This document shows, in pieces, positions 32,389 through 41,495 of a stretch of 43,816 bases of DNA. Where the stretch lies: positions 1 to 43,816 of the forward strand of contig MGNX01000108.1 in assembly GCA_001796935.1 (NCBI GenBank), written 5' to 3'. The notes beneath the pieces were generated by a model. That model was not told where the DNA came from. It worked only from the letters and a program-made list of their open reading frames with translations, and ran no database searches. The DNA is from Chloroflexi bacterium RBG_16_60_22 (lineage in GTDB: Bacteria > Chloroflexota > Dehalococcoidia > Dehalococcoidales > RBG-16-60-22). Position 1 is the first letter of the stretch. Each line of letters begins with the position of its first letter. A program made the position numbers and the translations under genes.

Positions 32389-33001
32389 CATAATAATAGG
32401 CGGGGTCGGGGGTCAGGGCGTGGTACTGATGTCCGAGCTGCTCGGCAACGCCGCCGTCCGGAGTGGTATTCAGGTGAGGGGCTCCGAGGTCCTGGGGATG
32501 GCGCAGCGGGGAGGCTCCGTTTTCAGCAATATCCGCCTGGGACACGGTGTGGCCTCGGCGCTGACGCCGGAAGGCAGGTGCGATGTCCTCATCGCCGTGG
32601 AGCCGTCGGAGGCACTCCGTAATATTCAGTACCTGGGGAAGTCCAGCGTGGTGGTAGTCAACACCCGGACGGTATTGCCCTTTACCGTGTTCCTGGGCAA
32701 GAGCGGCTATCCCACCCTGAAGCAGATACTGGCCGGACTAAAAAAAGTTACCGACCGTGTTATCACGGTGGACGCCGCCGGGCTGGCCGAGAAGGCCGGC
32801 AGCCTGCAATCGATGAACGTGGTCATGCTGGGGGCTTTATACGGGACCGGCCTGGTGCCGGTGGACACCGATACCGCCAGGGAGGTCATCCGGGGGCGCT
32901 TTCCGGCCCGGGCGGCCGACACCAACCTCAAGGCTTTCGAGCTGGGCTATAAGGAAGTCCTGAAGGCGCTGCAAAAGACGGCGGCCGGTCGCGACTCCTG
33001 A
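32366..33001 (+). CDS. iorB: indolepyruvate/2-oxoacid oxidoreductase beta subunit (IorB-like)
   Basis: 211-aa ORF with NIIIGGVGGQGVVLMSELLGNAA...GSEVLGMAQRGGSV, typical of IorB/POR-gamma domains. Overlaps the fusion gene by 23 nt. SD GGGAG lies 6 nt upstream. Confidence 0.85.
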   Translation: MAATKELNIIIGGVGGQGVVLMSELLGNAAVRSGIQVRGSEVLGMAQRGGSVFSNIRLGHGVASALTPEGRCDVLIAVEPSEALRNIQYLGKSSVVVVNTRTVLPFTVFLGKSGYPTLKQILAGLKKVTDRVITVDAAGLAEKAGSLQSMNVVMLGALYGTGLVPVDTDTAREVIRGRFPARAADTNLKAFELGYKEVLKALQKTAAGRDS

Positions 33002-33009
33002 GGAACGGT

Positions 33010-34407
33010 CTAGGCCACCATCAGCCTGACGATGCGGCTGACGTCGTCAATGTCTTCCAGGTCCTGGAGCATCTCCAGCAATCTGGCGGCATTTTTACGC
33101 GAGACCGTCTGCGAGAAGTCCACCTGGTGCCAGAACTTGTCCGTGACCTGCTTCAGGGGAGCGGGCTTTTGGGTCCAGTCGCGGTTGAGCAAGCCTGACT
33201 CGGTGAACTCCCGCCCGTCCTTCATCTTTACCTGGAGGGTGATGGCCCAGCGTTCCGAGGCGCTGGCTGGCTCAATCATCTTCGTCCTGGCGGTCAGCTC
33301 GCTGGCTCGGGGGTCGAGGATGGCTTCCTCGGTAAAGTTGGGCAGCCCCACGCTCTTCCTGAGCAGGGCGGTGGCCACGGTATAGGGGTAGCTGAAAATG
33401 GCGTCCCCGTGGGGGAACTCCCGGATAACGAACGGCTTGGCGTAGTAGCTGCGCTGGAGGGTTCCCGGGGGCACGGTGAGGATAACCTCGGCGATGTCGT
33501 CGGTGCTGATATCGTGTTTGCGGACGAGCTCCAGGGCGCAGTTGATGGCGATGTGGTTGGGCATGCCGCAGGGGTAGGGCTTGAAATAGGCCTCGCCGTA
33601 GTATTTCTTCCCCAGGTCACGGGTGAGGATGGACGGGTCCTTGCAGCCCTTGGCGTAGAGGAAAAAGTAGCCGAACCGACTCTGCAAGGCGTCTTCCACC
33701 CCCGTCCACCCTCTGGCGGCCAGCTCGGCGGCGAAGATGCCGTGGCGGGCGGCCGTGCCCTGGCCGAGCTTGAAGGTGGTAGCCCCGTCCCAGATGCTCT
33801 GGATGGCGGCGGCTATCAGGTTGAGCACGATGCCGAAGGCGTGCCGCATCCGGTGCGCGTCCAGCTTGAGCAGCCGGCCCGCCGTGGCCGCGGCCCCGAG
33901 GTGGCTCAGCGTGCCGCAGCCGTCCCAGCCCAGCCCGATGGGGTGCTCGGCGGAGGCGGCCTGGACCCTGGCGGCAACGTCATCGCCCACCAGCATCGCG
34001 GTCAGCAGCTCCCTGCCGCTGACTTTTTGCGCCTCGCCCAGCGCCAGGGCGGTGGGCACCAGCGTGGCGGCGTGGTGGGAAGGAAACACCTGGCCGTCGA
34101 TAACGTAGGACATCACCTCGAAATCGTAAGAGCGGGCCATGATGGCGTTGAGCATGGCCACGTTCTGGGCGGGCGCCTTGCCGCCGCGGACGAAGATGGT
34201 GGACTCGGTTTTGCCGCCCCATTCCCGGAGGAGGTCGAGCAGGGCGGCGTTGCCGGGGGCATCGGCTCCGCCGATGACACAGCCGAGGACGTCGATGATG
34301 CGCTTTTTGGCCAGGTCCAGCGTGTCGTCGTCGAAGTCCTCAAAGCGCGTCTCGACGACGTTTTCCGATATGGCCTCGATGGCGGTCTTGCCTTCAGTAT
34401 CGCTCAT
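33010..34407 (-). CDS. MmgE/PrpD-family protein, paralogue b
   Basis: 465-aa ORF. PrpD-like N-terminus (ISENVVETRFEDFDDDTLDLAKKRIIDVLGCVIGG) and the FKPYPCG block. The ATG is 1 nt after the upstream paralogue's TAA. Confidence 0.85.
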   Translation of the reverse strand: MSDTEGKTAIEAISENVVETRFEDFDDDTLDLAKKRIIDVLGCVIGGADAPGNAALLDLLREWGGKTESTIFVRGGKAPAQNVAMLNAIMARSYDFEVMSYVIDGQVFPSHHAATLVPTALALGEAQKVSGRELLTAMLVGDDVAARVQAASAEHPIGLGWDGCGTLSHLGAAATAGRLLKLDAHRMRHAFGIVLNLIAAAIQSIWDGATTFKLGQGTAARHGIFAAELAARGWTGVEDALQSRFGYFFLYAKGCKDPSILTRDLGKKYYGEAYFKPYPCGMPNHIAINCALELVRKHDISTDDIAEVILTVPPGTLQRSYYAKPFVIREFPHGDAIFSYPYTVATALLRKSVGLPNFTEEAILDPRASELTARTKMIEPASASERWAITLQVKMKDGREFTESGLLNRDWTQKPAPLKQVTDKFWHQVDFSQTVSRKNAARLLEMLQDLEDIDDVSRIVRLMVA

Positions 34408-34408
34408 T

Positions 34409-35788
34409 TTACAGCGTAATCTCCCGGATAAGCTCCGGGACGCTCGCTTTCTCCAGGTTGAGGAGTATCTCCACTGCCCCGTTTATTTTATCGATGGTCA
34501 GCGCCCGCTGGGCGTTGTGGCGGAACTTGGCCACCAGCTCGTCTACGGTCAGGGGGGACTCGGTGGAGCCGTGGGGCATCTTCCGGTCTTCCTTGAAGGT
34601 CTTGCCTTTGGCCCTGACCTCCAGAGTGGTGAGCTGGGGCTCCGTCTCCGTTTGAGGATGGACTATCACGCTGACTTTTTTAGCAAACGACTGGATTTCC
34701 GGCGAGCGCAGGGTGTCCATGTCCTGCCACTCCACGCCCGGCCGGATGCCGTGGGCGACCACCGCCAGGACGTAGGGCAGCCCGAACTGGAAATCGACGG
34801 TGTTGGTCAGCTCCCGGTTCTGGAAGAGGGGGGCCTCGACGGTGCGGGGGAGATAGCCCTTGACGCTCTGGATGTCCTCCGGCCCGAGGTTGTTCTGCTT
34901 CATGATGTTTTGCAGAATCTCGAGGGCGGGGTGGAGCACCCGGCAGCAGGGGTAGGGCTTATAGTTAACCCGGGTGACGAAGAGCCAGCTCTTGCCGAGG
35001 TCGGTGGTGACGTTCTCCGGGCTCCAGCTGCCGTAGCCGGCGAACTTCCAGAAGCCCTTGTCCGGGGGGTCGAAGACGGTGGTATCGCCCATGTAACCCA
35101 TCTCTGCCCAGAGCGCCGCCATGATGCCGCCGGTGTTCTGCCACCCCGGCACGCCGTACTTGGTCATGGGGCGGTGCTCGCTGAAGGAAGAGCGCACCCA
35201 GGTCAGCACCTGGCTCAGGTGGGCGGCGAGGCCCAGCGCGTGGGTCATTTTACCTTTATCGAGCTTGAGGAGCCGTCCCGCGCCGGCGGCTACCCCGAGG
35301 TTGCAGTTGGCGTAGCCCGTCCGCTCCGGCCAGCGGAAGGGTTTGGTGCCTATCGGCGAGGCGTCCAGCATGCCGCTCAAGACCCTGGCCCCGACCTCGA
35401 AGCCGAGCGCCGTGGCCAGTATCAGGTCCTTGCCGGAGGCCCCGGTACTCTCCGCCACGGCCAGCACGGAGGGGACGATGTAGGCCGGGGCGTGGCCGCC
35501 CGGCATGAGGGCGTCAAAGTCCGGGGTGTTGACCAGCTGGGCGTTGGCGAAGGCGGCGCTGGTGCAGGAGACCTTGTCCCCCAGGCCGATGATGGAAGAT
35601 TCCGGCGGCCCGCCGAGACGTTTGGCCAGGGCGACGGCCATCTTACCCGGGTCGAGGGTCAGCCCGGCCAGCGCATTGCCGATGGAGTCCATCAGCAGCA
35701 GCCTGGACTCGCGCACCACGGGCTCGGGTAAGTCGGCGTACTTCGTTTTAACGGAAAATCCGGCCAGTTCCTCGGTGATATTGCTCAT
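34409..35788 (-). CDS. MmgE/PrpD-family protein, paralogue a
   Basis: 459-aa ORF with ELAGFSVKTKYADLPEPVVRESRLLLMDSIGNALAG and YKPYPCC blocks. SD GGGAGGGG lies 8 nt upstream. Confidence 0.85.
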   Translation of the reverse strand: MSNITEELAGFSVKTKYADLPEPVVRESRLLLMDSIGNALAGLTLDPGKMAVALAKRLGGPPESSIIGLGDKVSCTSAAFANAQLVNTPDFDALMPGGHAPAYIVPSVLAVAESTGASGKDLILATALGFEVGARVLSGMLDASPIGTKPFRWPERTGYANCNLGVAAGAGRLLKLDKGKMTHALGLAAHLSQVLTWVRSSFSEHRPMTKYGVPGWQNTGGIMAALWAEMGYMGDTTVFDPPDKGFWKFAGYGSWSPENVTTDLGKSWLFVTRVNYKPYPCCRVLHPALEILQNIMKQNNLGPEDIQSVKGYLPRTVEAPLFQNRELTNTVDFQFGLPYVLAVVAHGIRPGVEWQDMDTLRSPEIQSFAKKVSVIVHPQTETEPQLTTLEVRAKGKTFKEDRKMPHGSTESPLTVDELVAKFRHNAQRALTIDKINGAVEILLNLEKASVPELIREITL

Positions 35789-35810
35789 TGTCTTGACCCC
35801 TCCCGTAACG

Positions 35811-37217
35811 TTACTTGATTTTCGGCAGGTTCACGCCCTGCTTCCCCAGGTTCTCCCGCAGGGCTGTATAGTCCACTTTTCTCGGCTGGATGCCGTCCCT
35901 GGCCGCCATGGCCGCCGCCGTGCCGGCCGCCTGGCCGTAGGCGATGCAGTGCGGGATGATGTTGAAGGTCTCGTTGACGGTATCGGCGGAGGAGAAGGCG
36001 CGGCCGGCCACCAGCAGGCCGTCCACCCGCTTCGGCACCAGGCAGCGGTAGGGGATGCAGAGGGCGGGGTGGTTCGAGGAAATCTCCCCGAAGTCGTTAT
36101 TGGCCAGCACGGCGATGGTATCCGGGAAGACCTCGTCCGTTTCCAGGTCCTTCTCGCTGAGGGTGTACTCCCCGACGATGCGCCGGCCCCCCTGGGTGCC
36201 CAGCTGGGGTGCGGTGAGCATGATGTAGGCATTCTCGAAACCGGGGACATGCTTCTTCATGAAGTCGTAGGTGACGAGGGCGCGCTTGCGGGACTTGATG
36301 TCTATCCGGGTCAGCTGCTCCACGTCCATGGCGTCGGTGCGCTCCGGCTGGGGCTGCATGCAGTGGTACCAGAGGACTCCGGGCTGGTTGCGGAGGATGC
36401 CCTTGAAGAAGTTGGGGTAGCCGCCGAGCCTGGACAGCTCCTGCAAAAGCTCGCCCCATTTATCCGGCTGGGACGCCCGGAAGTGGTCGAGCTTCCTGAT
36501 ATCGACGTTGGCCATCCAGAAGACCAGGGCCAGCCAGGCGGTGCGGCGCTTGTTATCGCAGTCGTTATCCATCTCCGCCCCGGCGGAGACGAAGATATCG
36601 CCATCGCCGGTGGCATCGATGATAACCTTGCCGAGGATGGCCTGCCGCCCGGACTTGCTCTCGAAGTAGACGCCCCGGACGGTGTTCCCGTCGGTTATCG
36701 TGCGGGTACCCCAGGAGTGCAGCAGCAAATCGACCCCCGCCTCCAGCACCATGTCGTTGAGCTCGTCCTTGAGTATCTCGGGGTCGACGACGGCCGTGTA
36801 GTGCACCCGCTGCTTATCGGTCTTGTAGTCGTGGCGGACATGGAACCACCCGAGGTTGGCGTCCAGGTAGTAATCGACCACCTTCCTGTCGGTGGTGCCC
36901 CAGTCCTCCTTCTTCGGGTAGGAAGTGCCGCCCCTCCGGTCCAGCCGGTCGATGAGCTCCTGGTTGAGGCCGTAGAGGTGCTGCTTCCCGTAGATATCGC
37001 TGAGGTTGGGGATGATGTTGACCAGCCCCCCGGTGGCCATGCCGCCGAGGTGGCCGTAGCGCTCGATGAGGACGGTTTTCGCCCCGCTACGCGCCGCGGC
37101 AATCGCCGAGCCGATGCCGCCGGGACCGCCGCCCACCACCACCACGTCCGCCTCCCGGCAGACCTTGATTTCCCGGGCGGGTTCCGTAATCGTTCTGACT
37201 GAAGGTCGCTTTGCCAT
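35811..37217 (-). CDS. FAD-dependent oxidoreductase (GIDA-like/FAD_oxidored-type), paralogue 2
   Basis: The track ORF is trimmed to MAKRPSV, where GGAGG lies 6 nt upstream of ATG 37217. Result is 468 aa. Has the dinucleotide motif VVVVGGGPGGIGSAIAAARSG...IERYGHLGGMATGG and IDATGDGD. Confidence 0.8.
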   Translation of the reverse strand: MAKRPSVRTITEPAREIKVCREADVVVVGGGPGGIGSAIAAARSGAKTVLIERYGHLGGMATGGLVNIIPNLSDIYGKQHLYGLNQELIDRLDRRGGTSYPKKEDWGTTDRKVVDYYLDANLGWFHVRHDYKTDKQRVHYTAVVDPEILKDELNDMVLEAGVDLLLHSWGTRTITDGNTVRGVYFESKSGRQAILGKVIIDATGDGDIFVSAGAEMDNDCDNKRRTAWLALVFWMANVDIRKLDHFRASQPDKWGELLQELSRLGGYPNFFKGILRNQPGVLWYHCMQPQPERTDAMDVEQLTRIDIKSRKRALVTYDFMKKHVPGFENAYIMLTAPQLGTQGGRRIVGEYTLSEKDLETDEVFPDTIAVLANNDFGEISSNHPALCIPYRCLVPKRVDGLLVAGRAFSSADTVNETFNIIPHCIAYGQAAGTAAAMAARDGIQPRKVDYTALRENLGKQGVNLPKIK

Positions 37218-37298
37218 GGGTAACCTCCATCGCAAGACTAATTACTGCCCCCTGTTGGTGCCCAGGGCGGCGGTTAGGTGCTGGCCGCTATTAGTCTA

Positions 37299-38666
37299 TT
37301 ACCGTACGCCCGCCCTGACATCCGGCAGGGGGACGCCCTGCTTGATGAGCCGGGCGCGCAGGTCGGCGAAGTTCACCTTCTTGGGGCTGACGCCGGCCTG
37401 AAGGGCCAGGGCCGAGGCCGTGCCGGCCGCCTCGCCGAAGGCGATGCAGTGCGGGATGAGGTTGAAAAACTCCTGGACGTGCTCGTCCGACGAGAAGGCG
37501 CGGCAGGCCACCAGCAGGTTGTCCACGTTCCTGGGCTGGAGGCAGCGGAAGGGTATGAACATGTTGGGGTGGTCCACCGATTCCTGACCGCGGTCGAGGT
37601 CCGGGAAGATGGCGATGGTGTCCTCGAACGGCTCGTTGTTGGCCATGTCCGCCTTGGTCAGCTTGTATTCGCCAATCAGGCGCCGACTGCTCCGCGTGCC
37701 CAGCTGCGGGGCGGTCAGGACGATGAAGCTCTTCTCGAAGCCGGGGAAATTTTTCTTCCAGAAGTCATAGGTCTTCAGCATCTTCTTACGTCCCTCGAAC
37801 TCGATGCGGGTCAGCTCTTCGACATCCACCTGGCTCTTGTTCGGGTAGCGGTTGTGAATCCAGACGACGCTCTCCTGGTTATTGAGGCAGCTCTTGAGAT
37901 AGCCGGGGAACCCCCCGAGTTTCAGGCATTCGCGCTGCATGGCGGCAAAAGCATCAGGTTGATTATTCTTGAAGTCCTCGGCTCTGCGGAGGTCGACACC
38001 GGCAATCCAGAAGCACAGTGCCAGGTTGGCAATCCTGAAATTGGCGGGGATATTGTCCTCGAACTCGATACCGGCATAGGGGAGGAGGTCGCCATCGCCG
38101 GTAGCGTCGATGACAACCTTGCCCAGCACCGCCTGCCGGCCCGACTTGCTCTCGAAGATGACGCCCCGACACTCGTTGCCTTCCATGATGGGCTCGGTGC
38201 CCCAGGAGTGCAGGTAGGTCTTGACGCCGGCCTCTTGAACCATGTCATTGAGGACGCATTTGGAAATTTCGGCGTCGATGACGGCGCTGTAGCAGACCCT
38301 GTCCTGGCGTATGTAAAAGAAAATCCGGTTGAAATAGTATTTAACGAGTTCCTTATCGGTAACGCCCCATTCTTCTTTTTTAGGGGCGGCCACGGCATCC
38401 CTGACGCGGAGCCTCTCTATCCATTCCTCGCAGATGCCGGCAATCTGCTGCTTGCCGTTGATATCACTCATATTGGGAATAATAGTAACCAGGCCTCCCG
38501 TGCCCATGCCGCCCAGGACACCGTACCTTTCGATGAGCACCGTGCTGGCGCCGTTCCTGGCGGCGGATACCGCCGCCCCGATTCCCCCGGGACCGCCCCC
38601 CACCACCACGACGTCGGCCTCGCAGGCTACTCTGGTATCTCGGGTCGCTTCCTTAATCGTCTTCAT
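37299..38666 (-). CDS. FAD-dependent oxidoreductase (GIDA-like/FAD_oxidored-type), paralogue 1
   Basis: 455-aa ORF with VVVVGGGPGGIGAAVSAARNG...IERYGVLGGMGTGG and IDATGDGD. SD AAGGAGGT lies 6 nt upstream. Confidence 0.8.
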   Translation of the reverse strand: MKTIKEATRDTRVACEADVVVVGGGPGGIGAAVSAARNGASTVLIERYGVLGGMGTGGLVTIIPNMSDINGKQQIAGICEEWIERLRVRDAVAAPKKEEWGVTDKELVKYYFNRIFFYIRQDRVCYSAVIDAEISKCVLNDMVQEAGVKTYLHSWGTEPIMEGNECRGVIFESKSGRQAVLGKVVIDATGDGDLLPYAGIEFEDNIPANFRIANLALCFWIAGVDLRRAEDFKNNQPDAFAAMQRECLKLGGFPGYLKSCLNNQESVVWIHNRYPNKSQVDVEELTRIEFEGRKKMLKTYDFWKKNFPGFEKSFIVLTAPQLGTRSSRRLIGEYKLTKADMANNEPFEDTIAIFPDLDRGQESVDHPNMFIPFRCLQPRNVDNLLVACRAFSSDEHVQEFFNLIPHCIAFGEAAGTASALALQAGVSPKKVNFADLRARLIKQGVPLPDVRAGVR

Positions 38667-38723
38667 TTATTTACCTCCTTCGCCGGTGATGCGGTGCTTT
38701 TTCAACGTGATATCAGTGAAAAG

Positions 38724-38751
38724 CATATAGGATACCCCGCCGCCGTGTCAA
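38724..38751 (-). promoter_or_regulatory. candidate sigma70-type promoter for the FAD-oxidoreductase/PrpD operon
   Basis: Minus strand reads TTGACA (38751-38746), a 16-nt spacer, then TATATG (38729-38724). Confidence 0.35.
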
Positions 38752-38816
38752 ATTTATCCCCTCCATATTACGAGACTTGAAGTCGGGGGGAAAACCGGTT
38801 CAGTGAGGCATATTCC

Positions 38817-38846
38817 TTGACATTTAAAATCAATGGTGAATATAAT
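38817..38846 (+). promoter_or_regulatory. consensus sigma70-type promoter for orphan TRAP receptor 2
   Basis: TTGACA (38817-38822), an 18-nt spacer, then TATAAT (38841-38846). Predicted leader is about 200 nt. Confidence 0.65.
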
Positions 38847-39049
38847 GAGCCGATAAAAACTGGCGTTCTTCGTAGCTGGTTAGCCGAAAGGCCGGATGGA
38901 CGGTTGAATAATTGCTACTGCCGAATATATTGAGATAAGTCCTGGTTACAGCGGAAGCAGGGAAGGAGGTGCCACAACCCAGAAGATAAGCAGTACGGGT
39001 TTCACAGGCTTAACCGGAAATGATATTGATGATTAAGGAGGAAAAGGTG

Positions 39050-40198
39050 ATGAAGAGACTGGTATTAATCCCGCTGATGGTTGTCCTGGCCGCCGTGCTG
39101 GTCTTCACCGGATGTGCGCAGCAGGCCGCACCAGCCCCCGGCCAGGCCACGGTACTGAATCCGGCCCCCGCCCCCCAGGGTCCCCAGACCATTACCGCCC
39201 AGACCCAGGCCCCGGCGCCCTCCGCACCCGCGGCAAAGCCGGGAAAAATTTACTATCTGAAATTTAACGACTGGGGTCCCTCGGCGATTACCATCGGCAA
39301 GCTGCATATCCAGGCGGCGGAGATGATTGAAGAGAGGACCGGCGGCAAGGTAATCGTTACCAACTACTTCAACCAGTCCCTGTTGAAGTACGGGGATACC
39401 TTCCGGGGCATCTCGGCCGGTATCGCCGACCTGTCGCTTTACGTTATCGGGGCCACCCAGGGTGTCCATGATATTAACCAGGCTATCGCCCTGCCTTTCA
39501 TGGGTCTCCCTGATATGCCCAGCGGCACCAAGATTTATAACGAGCTCCGGCAAAAGTTCCCCGAGCTGGACCGGGAGAACACCAAGGCCAACGCCAAGTG
39601 GCTGACCGTCCGCATGATGCCGCCCACCCAGCTGCATCTCGTCAAGCGGTTTGCGGCCCTCCCCGACGACCTCAAGGGCATGAAGGTTATCGCCGGGGCA
39701 TCCCTGGTGGATATGCTCAGTCAGGTCGGGGCGGCCGGCGTGATGATGGGCCCGCCGGACTGGTACATGTCCCTGGAGAGAGGACTCGTCGAGGGGCAGT
39801 TTGTCCACTGGCCGGCCGTTTACGACTTTCATACCCTGGAGCTGTTCAAGTTCCATACCCTCTACGGTGACGGCGGCATCCAGATGAGTCCCATCGGCTT
39901 CATGGCCAATCTCGATTCCTGGAACCAGATACCCGCGGAGTACCAGAAGATAATCGTGGACGTCTACCAGTGGGTAAATGATGAGTCCACCACGGCTGAT
40001 CTAGACCTTATCGATAAAGCCGTGAAGGCCGCCAGGGACTGGGGCCATATCTCCGACTACCTGACGCCGGAAGAAATCCAGTTGTGGGCTAAACTTGTGG
40101 AACCATATCACCAGAGCTGGATTGCGGATGCCACAGCCAAGGGCTGGCCCGCCCAGCAGGTCTACGACGGACTGAAGCAGATAGTGGCGAAGTATTAA
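39050..40198 (+). CDS. TRAP-type solute receptor (DctP-type) lipoprotein, orphan copy 2
   Basis: The track ORF is trimmed to MKRLVLI, where AAGGAGG lies 8 nt upstream of ATG 39050. Result is 382 aa. Lipobox LVFTGC, a Pro/Ala/Gln-rich tether and the block DDLKGMKVIAG. No adjacent permease genes. Confidence 0.8.
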   Translation: MKRLVLIPLMVVLAAVLVFTGCAQQAAPAPGQATVLNPAPAPQGPQTITAQTQAPAPSAPAAKPGKIYYLKFNDWGPSAITIGKLHIQAAEMIEERTGGKVIVTNYFNQSLLKYGDTFRGISAGIADLSLYVIGATQGVHDINQAIALPFMGLPDMPSGTKIYNELRQKFPELDRENTKANAKWLTVRMMPPTQLHLVKRFAALPDDLKGMKVIAGASLVDMLSQVGAAGVMMGPPDWYMSLERGLVEGQFVHWPAVYDFHTLELFKFHTLYGDGGIQMSPIGFMANLDSWNQIPAEYQKIIVDVYQWVNDESTTADLDLIDKAVKAARDWGHISDYLTPEEIQLWAKLVEPYHQSWIADATAKGWPAQQVYDGLKQIVAKY

Positions 40199-40226
40199 GC
40201 AATCAGCAGCAGAGTCTGTCATGAAA

Positions 40227-40270
40227 GGGGCCGGTCCTGTTTAACCAGCGGGGCCGGCCCTGCCTTTTCC
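40227..40270 (+). terminator. candidate intrinsic terminator for receptor 2
   Basis: GGGGCCGG (40227-40234) pairs with CCGGCCC (40254-40260), followed by TGCCTTTTCC. Confidence 0.5.
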
Positions 40271-40283
40271 CGGGTGAAAAGAT

Positions 40284-40336
40284 GAGGCTGACCCGGCGGG
40301 ATGCGGGCCGTTGCGGCCGCGCGTCGGGCCAGCCTC
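40284..40336 (-). terminator. candidate intrinsic terminator for receptor 3
   Basis: GAGGCTGACCCGGCG (40284-40298) pairs with CGTCGGGCCAGCCTC (40322-40336). This is a 15-bp stem with one wobble and one mismatch. On the minus strand it is followed by ATCTTTTC. Confidence 0.45.
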
Positions 40337-40352
40337 AATAGTTCAGTAGCGG

Positions 40353-41495
40353 TTAGCCGCCAATACCCTGGGTGGCCAGGCCCTGGCGGTAGATGCCAAT
40401 CCAGTTCTTGATGGCATCATAGACCTTCTGTCCCGGTCTGCCCTTAGCTTCGTTGCCCTGTATCCACTTCTGGTGGAACGGGGAGGCAACGTCAATCCAT
40501 GCCTGCTCTTCGGCGGCCGTCAGCGTCTCCAGCTTGCCGCCGGAGTCGATGAAAGCCCGGATGCCCTTGGCAGTTTCGCGGGCGTCAACGGCGACCATTT
40601 GAGCGACGAACTCGGCACGCAGCGCCTTGAAGGCACCCTGCATCTCGATGGGCAGGCTCTTGAATTTCTTTTCGCCCATCACCCAGTTGGTGCCGGTGTA
40701 CCCGAAATCGCCCGAGGGGAAGGACACGGCGTAATCGAGGACCTCAGTCAGTTTGAACATGGGGTACATGCTCATGCCGACGATGAGGGTATCGGCCAGG
40801 CCGCGGTCGAGCGAGGTATACCAGTCGGCCGGGGCCAGCTGCAGCGCCGCACCGCCGAAACTCTGTACAATCTCGCCGATGATACCGGAAGCGATTATCT
40901 TGTGGCCTTTGTAGTCGGTGGGAGTCCTCAGCGCGCCGGCATTGGTGCCGATGTAGCGCTTCAGGCCGTTCCACCGTCCGAGCACCTCGAAACCCTTGTA
41001 CTCGGCAGCCACCTCGGGAATGGTGATGTTCAGGGCTTCCCAGGCCTGGGTGCCAATGCCCGAGCTCTGGAACCCCATGAACGGCAGACTCATCACGTCG
41101 TTAAGGGGCGCCCGTTCAATCTCCCAGGAGTTAACCCAGGTGCAGATATCGGCCAGGCCCTGCTCGACGGCGTTAATCTGGTCCTGATAGGGGAACAGTG
41201 ACGAGGCATGGTACCAGGTGAACTCGACCTTGTTGCCCAGTTCGGGGCCGAGCATCTCTTTCAGCCTCGGCAAGTACCACTCGTGCATCAGCACGTTACC
41301 GCCGGCCGTCGGCGGAGCGTGGTCGGTGTAGATGAACTCATACTTTTGGGGGGCCGGAGCCGGAGCCGGTGCTGCCGGTGCCGCCGGGGCCGCCGGGGCC
41401 GGTCCGGGCGCCGGGGCGGCTTTCTGGCCGCAGCCAACGAGGATGAGGGTGACACCCATCACCAGTGCCAGACAAATCAGTAAAATCTTTTTCAT
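40353..41495 (-). CDS. TRAP-type solute receptor (DctP-type) lipoprotein, orphan copy 3
   Basis: 380-aa ORF with lipobox LILVGC, an Ala/Pro tether (APAPGPAPAAPAAPAAPAPAPAP) and DctP-like blocks WNGLKRYIGT...DYKGHKIIAS. The SD GGAGG is unusually far (15 nt) from the ATG. Confidence 0.8.
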   Translation of the reverse strand: MKKILLICLALVMGVTLILVGCGQKAAPAPGPAPAAPAAPAAPAPAPAPQKYEFIYTDHAPPTAGGNVLMHEWYLPRLKEMLGPELGNKVEFTWYHASSLFPYQDQINAVEQGLADICTWVNSWEIERAPLNDVMSLPFMGFQSSGIGTQAWEALNITIPEVAAEYKGFEVLGRWNGLKRYIGTNAGALRTPTDYKGHKIIASGIIGEIVQSFGGAALQLAPADWYTSLDRGLADTLIVGMSMYPMFKLTEVLDYAVSFPSGDFGYTGTNWVMGEKKFKSLPIEMQGAFKALRAEFVAQMVAVDARETAKGIRAFIDSGGKLETLTAAEEQAWIDVASPFHQKWIQGNEAKGRPGQKVYDAIKNWIGIYRQGLATQGIGG

